DNA of 53,505 nt, taken from Priapulus caudatus (Eukaryota). Of this stretch, positions 49,360 through 53,505 are shown one piece after another. The notes beneath the pieces were generated by a model, which searched no databases, had not been told where the DNA came from, and saw only the letters and a program-made list of their open reading frames with translations. Every line of letters starts with the position of its first letter. Position 1 is the first letter of the stretch. The DNA is taken from NCBI RefSeq assembly GCF_000485595.1, contig NW_014577084.1:373225-426729 (forward strand). The letters run 5' to 3'. The position numbers and the translations under genes were made by a program.

Positions 49360-49780
49360 CAGTGGCGTATCCAGAAATGAATGTACATGGGGGCGAAATG
49401 TATACCTGGGCTGCCGAAGGCATGCAACCCCGCGTGCTGCGGGCACGCCAGCGCTATAGGGGGTCTGGGGTCATGCTCCCCCAGGAAATGTTGAAATATT
49501 TAAGCCATTTTCTTGCAATCTGAGGCATACTGTGGGCCATATTCTGATGTCTGATATGACACTATCTCAACTCTAGACTCAACCCTACAATTTAGGATTT
49601 AAAACACTATGTTTTTTTCTGGGCCTGCAAACGGGGGGGGGGGCGCACGCCGGCTCCTAGACTGGTACTCAGTCGACAGTTCCACACGCTACACTAAAGA
49701 ACGTCAGGATACTTGCCGGAGTGAAGGTGGCGAACGGGTACCAGTCTAGCCGGCTCCGCCCTATGCTGGATACGCCACTG
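49360..49780. mobile_element. hAT-like MITE (TIR CAGTGGCGTATCCAG); noisy second copy at ~52719-53173
   Basis: CAGTGGCGTATCCAG ... CTGGATACGCCACTG; no clear TSD. Confidence 0.75.
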
Positions 49781-51330
49781 GGCCTACCCAGTAATGGGAG
49801 AAGGTAACAACTAAGGACGACAAATATGAAATATCTATATATATATACTTCCATTTCCTTTCTTATCACTTATTGTTTTGCGCACCACACCAATTGCGTC
49901 GTTGAAGCGACATGTCACAAACACTGACACGTGGTGGGGGCGACAGCCTCCCTGCCCCCCTTGTGGCGCCGCCCCTGCGCACGTGTCCACGCATTTCGCA
50001 GCATCTGCCAAAACTATTAGTTGTTCGACAACATACGTTAGAAGTCATTGTATACTCACGATTAATTTGATAGCTAAAATTCTAAGCTAGGCCTGTCTAT
50101 AGCGTTAGCCACTTGTATGTTGCATTGTAGAGTATTGTGGTGTAGTATTTTGAGAAATATGAGAAATACCAGTAAATGCAATTAACCGTAAAATAAATGT
50201 ACCGATAATTAAATAGCAGTACAAAATTATCGCTTCAGCTAGATTTTATCCTACATCATGTTTATATTTCCAAACCGTAAAAACATATTCCCTTGTCATA
50301 ATAGTTGTTGTAAAATTGTCTCTTAATTGTCAATAAGTTAGACCATGAAATGGAGCCCTAATTTTATGGTTGTTTATTATGATGATTATTATTATTAGGC
50401 TTTTATATTAATATTCTCCAAAAATCTAGTGGTGGGCAGCTTTCCTGTGAAGGATATAACCCCATTCAGGGGCGTAGCTATAGGGTGAAATGGATGTGTA
50501 CGCACAGAGGCGGGGGGTCTGGGGGTCCTCCCCCCGAAAATTGTGAAAATGTAGATAGCAGGAGATGGTATTTGAGGCACTTTTGAGTAAATGTACAGCC
50601 TTCATTCTGACTACGACAATTATATTTTTAGTAGAACTATTCTCTTCATGAGCAACAAGATGTGATCACTAAAGATCACTATAACTAATCATGTAATTTT
50701 CGTTTTATTATCAAGACATGTTGAACTAACGCATATTCTTAAACTCTCTCTTTCTCTCTCTCTCTCTCTGTGTGCGTGCGTCCGAGCGAGCGTATGCGTG
50801 TGCGGGTGCGTGTGGGCGCATCACGGCATTGTTTAAGTCGCGTTCATTATTCAATGTGTAGTGGCGACCACCGATGTGCAACTCTTTATTGGAACGGTGA
50901 AAAAGCTGCAAAAGGGTTGTAACTTGCTTTGCCACTCAATTATATATATAATTTAACCTATGCATCAGGTGACGTTTTGTACAGCCGCGCGACTATGTAA
51001 AAATATTGTTAGTCCAACAGAGGGGGGTAGCTATATAGCCACACAATCCGCCCCCCCCCCTAAATCCGCCACTGATGTAGTAAGCTTGTGAGTAGAGATA
51101 TCTCAATAGACATGTCGAGACGAGGACCAGTCTACGTTGGATGACAGTGTGTGAAAATGGTTGAATCAAGAGATCAAACATTCGTTTAAAATCATTGAAA
51201 AATAAATTCACGCTAAAGGCTAAATAAATATAACGGTTCACGGTAAATAAACAGATGCTTTCACGCATTTCTATCAGGGTATCACGAGTCACGCTAGGCA
51301 AAATAGCAGAAGAAAATTTAGTCTGACTGA

Positions 51331-51398
<68 letters not shown>

Positions 51399-51532
51399 CA
51401 TGTATAATCAATGTTTGGCTGAACGCATGCACGTTCTTTATTGACGATTCGCTGCACTGTGAGAGAAGCAGCAGCAGTTGAATATTGAACTTTAATTGCC
51501 GCATATATAATGACACAGTATTACATTGACGC

Positions 51533-52138
51533 TTATTTAAGTGACATGAGGAGTAATTCGTTTTCTTCCAAATACAAAATCGGCAGATGCTCCAGACGAT
51601 GAATTCCCATGTGAAATATCAATGCGTTTAGTCTATCGTCATCGATGTAGTCGGCGGTGTTGACGACGTTCGTGTATCGTTTTTGAAGGACCTCCTGGCC
51701 GGTTTGGTGCTGCTGCATCCGTGCTAGTCTATTGATGTCCACGAAGGAGGCGTTATGTACACCGGGCGGTTGTATTATATGCTGTTTAAGAGCATGCACC
51801 ACGTCTTTATAAGGCACTGGCGGATGCTGTTGCTCATGCGCATGTGCACTGCTACCACGATACGGGCCGCGGCTGAACTGCTGCGGGGCGCCTTCGAGCT
51901 GCTGCTGCGGTCGACATTGTAGATGAATACCTTGACCTTGCATCCGGCCCATGCGGTTTATCGGTTGGTTCTGAATGCGTATCATCGTCGTCATGGGTGG
52001 GTTCTGTGCGCGTATCATGTCATTCGGATAAGAATGGAGCGATCCTTGGTGATGATGATCGCCATACTGCATACCGGGAGGGAGCTGACGGTAAAACGCA
52101 GCTGGTACGAAACGTGGCCTCGTCTGGCTGGCTTGCAT
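51533..52138 (-). CDS. CITED: CITED-family (CBP/p300-interacting transactivator)-like protein, 201 aa, single coding exon
   Basis: aa157-199 NVVNTADYIDDDRLNALIFHMGIHRLEHLPILYLEENELLLMS align with recalled CITED2 CR2 [42 protein letters not shown] (18 of 42 identical by eye). Q/H/P/G/M-rich N-terminus, Kozak AACCATG, upstream acceptor tctctttcag| at 52170, AATAAA ~90 nt after the stop. Confidence 0.85.
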   Translation of the reverse strand: MQASQTRPRFVPAAFYRQLPPGMQYGDHHHQGSLHSYPNDMIRAQNPPMTTMIRIQNQPINRMGRMQGQGIHLQCRPQQQLEGAPQQFSRGPYRGSSAHAHEQQHPPVPYKDVVHALKQHIIQPPGVHNASFVDINRLARMQQHQTGQEVLQKRYTNVVNTADYIDDDRLNALIFHMGIHRLEHLPILYLEENELLLMSLK

Positions 52139-52542
52139 GGTTTACAAAATATATATTGTACTCACTAGTCTGAAAGAGATATTGGAAAAAATCATATTAG
52201 CACTGTGTCTAACTGACCGGAGTGCGTATGTTTCTATATGACTACATCACTTCGGTATCGATTGGTGAACTTTAATTAAACTTAAACGCTGTTATGAACG
52301 TATAGCTGCTATAATTTTCGAAATCTCATATACGGTAACCTCAACAACGTTTAAGAAACCCTCGTTCGCCTTGTGTATATCTACCCGATCATTATATATA
52401 TGTATACGATAGCGGTGTCCCCAACACGCGCGCGCGTGCACACTTATAGTTGCGTAAAAACTTGATTAATAATTCATTTTATTACCTGTTAATAAATGCA
52501 TGGATATCTCCGGCTCTCTCTCTCTCTCTCTCTCTCTCTCTG

Positions 52543-53340
52543 GGCCCTATGGGCAAGGAGGAGATAATTTACGCCCTCATCAGCTCTTGATTGAGAGCAA
52601 TATTGAAGCTCTTCAGAGCCTCACGAAGAGGGAATTAATATAATAAATAATATTCACGCGTTTTATATGTAAGCAACAATTAAGAGCGTGTATTATATAT
52701 TTGCTTCCGAGACAAGCCCAGTGGGCGTAATCCAGAAATGAATGTACATCGGGGCGAAATGTATGACCTGGCTGCCGAAGGCTAATGCAAACGGCCCGCG
52801 TGCTGCGAGGGCAACGCAGCGCTATAGGGGGTCTAGGGTCAATGCTCCCCCAGGGAAAATGTTGAAATATTTAAGCCATTTTCCTGCAATCTGGAGGGCA
52901 TACTGGCGGCCAATATTGCTGATGTCTGATAATGAAAACCACTAATCTGCAACTCTAGACTGGCAACCGCTACAATTTAGGATTTAACAACACTATGTTT
53001 TTTTCTGAGGCCTGGCAACGGAGGGGGGGGGCGTACGCCAGGCTCCTAACTGGTACTCCAGTGCGACAGGTTCCACACGCTTACACTAAAGAACGTCAGG
53101 ATACTTGCCGGAGTGAAGGGCGAACGGGTACCAGTCTAGCCGGGCCCGCCCTATGTGCATGGATACGCCACTGGCCTGACGCCAGTAGGGAGAAGGTAAG
53201 CAAGTATAAAGAGGACGACAAATATAAATATGTATATATATATAGCTTCCATTTCTCTTTCTTATCAGCTTTATCATTATTTGCGCGAGCCACACAAGCG
53301 TCGTTGAAGCGCGACATGTCACAAAGCACACTACACGTGG
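52543..53340 (+). repeat. Noisy duplicate of 49197-49935
   Basis: Colinear from CCTATGGGCAAGGAGGAGATAATT to CGACATGTCACAAA, with insertion-type errors. Confidence 0.85.
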
Positions 53341-53505
53341 CCAGTGCCCCCGCAGTGCCTGAGAACAGTGCGAGGTGAGAGCTAGAAGAGTCGTTACGTT
53401 GCCAAACTTATATCATTCGAGAATAGGACTTGATTGTGGTGTATATATATATATATATATATTCTATATAACCTTTCTTCGCCAATGGAAATGAATCCGT
53501 TATTA

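Noticed and set aside
23976..52138. Conserved linkage of NT5DC1 and CITED (human NT5DC1 and CITED2 are both on 6q as I recall)
   Set aside because: They are many megabases apart in human, CEP126 is on another chromosome, and an assembly gap separates them here. One pair is not evidence of synteny.

Overview
Eukaryotic (metazoan, probably invertebrate) draft-assembly sequence; the organism cannot be determined from the window alone. It has three 25-N gaps and one 10-N gap. Several stretches look like error-rich single long reads (about 5.9-8.9 kb, 12-20.9 kb, 26.3-28.2 kb, 46.2-49 kb, 52.5-53.3 kb). Three protein-coding genes are recognisable. (1) The 3' exons of NT5DC1 on + (23976-31561). (2) A convergent, nearly complete CEP126/KIAA1377-like gene on - (about 33572-42598), with a ~3.7 kb exon and three unrelated tandem-repeat expansions. 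(3) A single-coding-exon CITED-family gene on - (51533-52138), a family usually described as vertebrate-restricted. The rest is MITEs (hAT, Mutator-like, Harbinger-like, TA-TSD), Helentron-type non-autonomous elements (HINE/DINE-1-like), mini- and microsatellites. Highlights: the CITED-like gene with an LPIL variant of the LP(Q/E)L motif; an apparent Helentron read-through duplication of two NT5DC1 exons ending at a new hairpin; two adjacent in-place inversions distinguishing the two HINE copies; and a local hotspot of 4-8 bp micro-duplications. Protein family calls rest on recalled human sequences, not on database searches.
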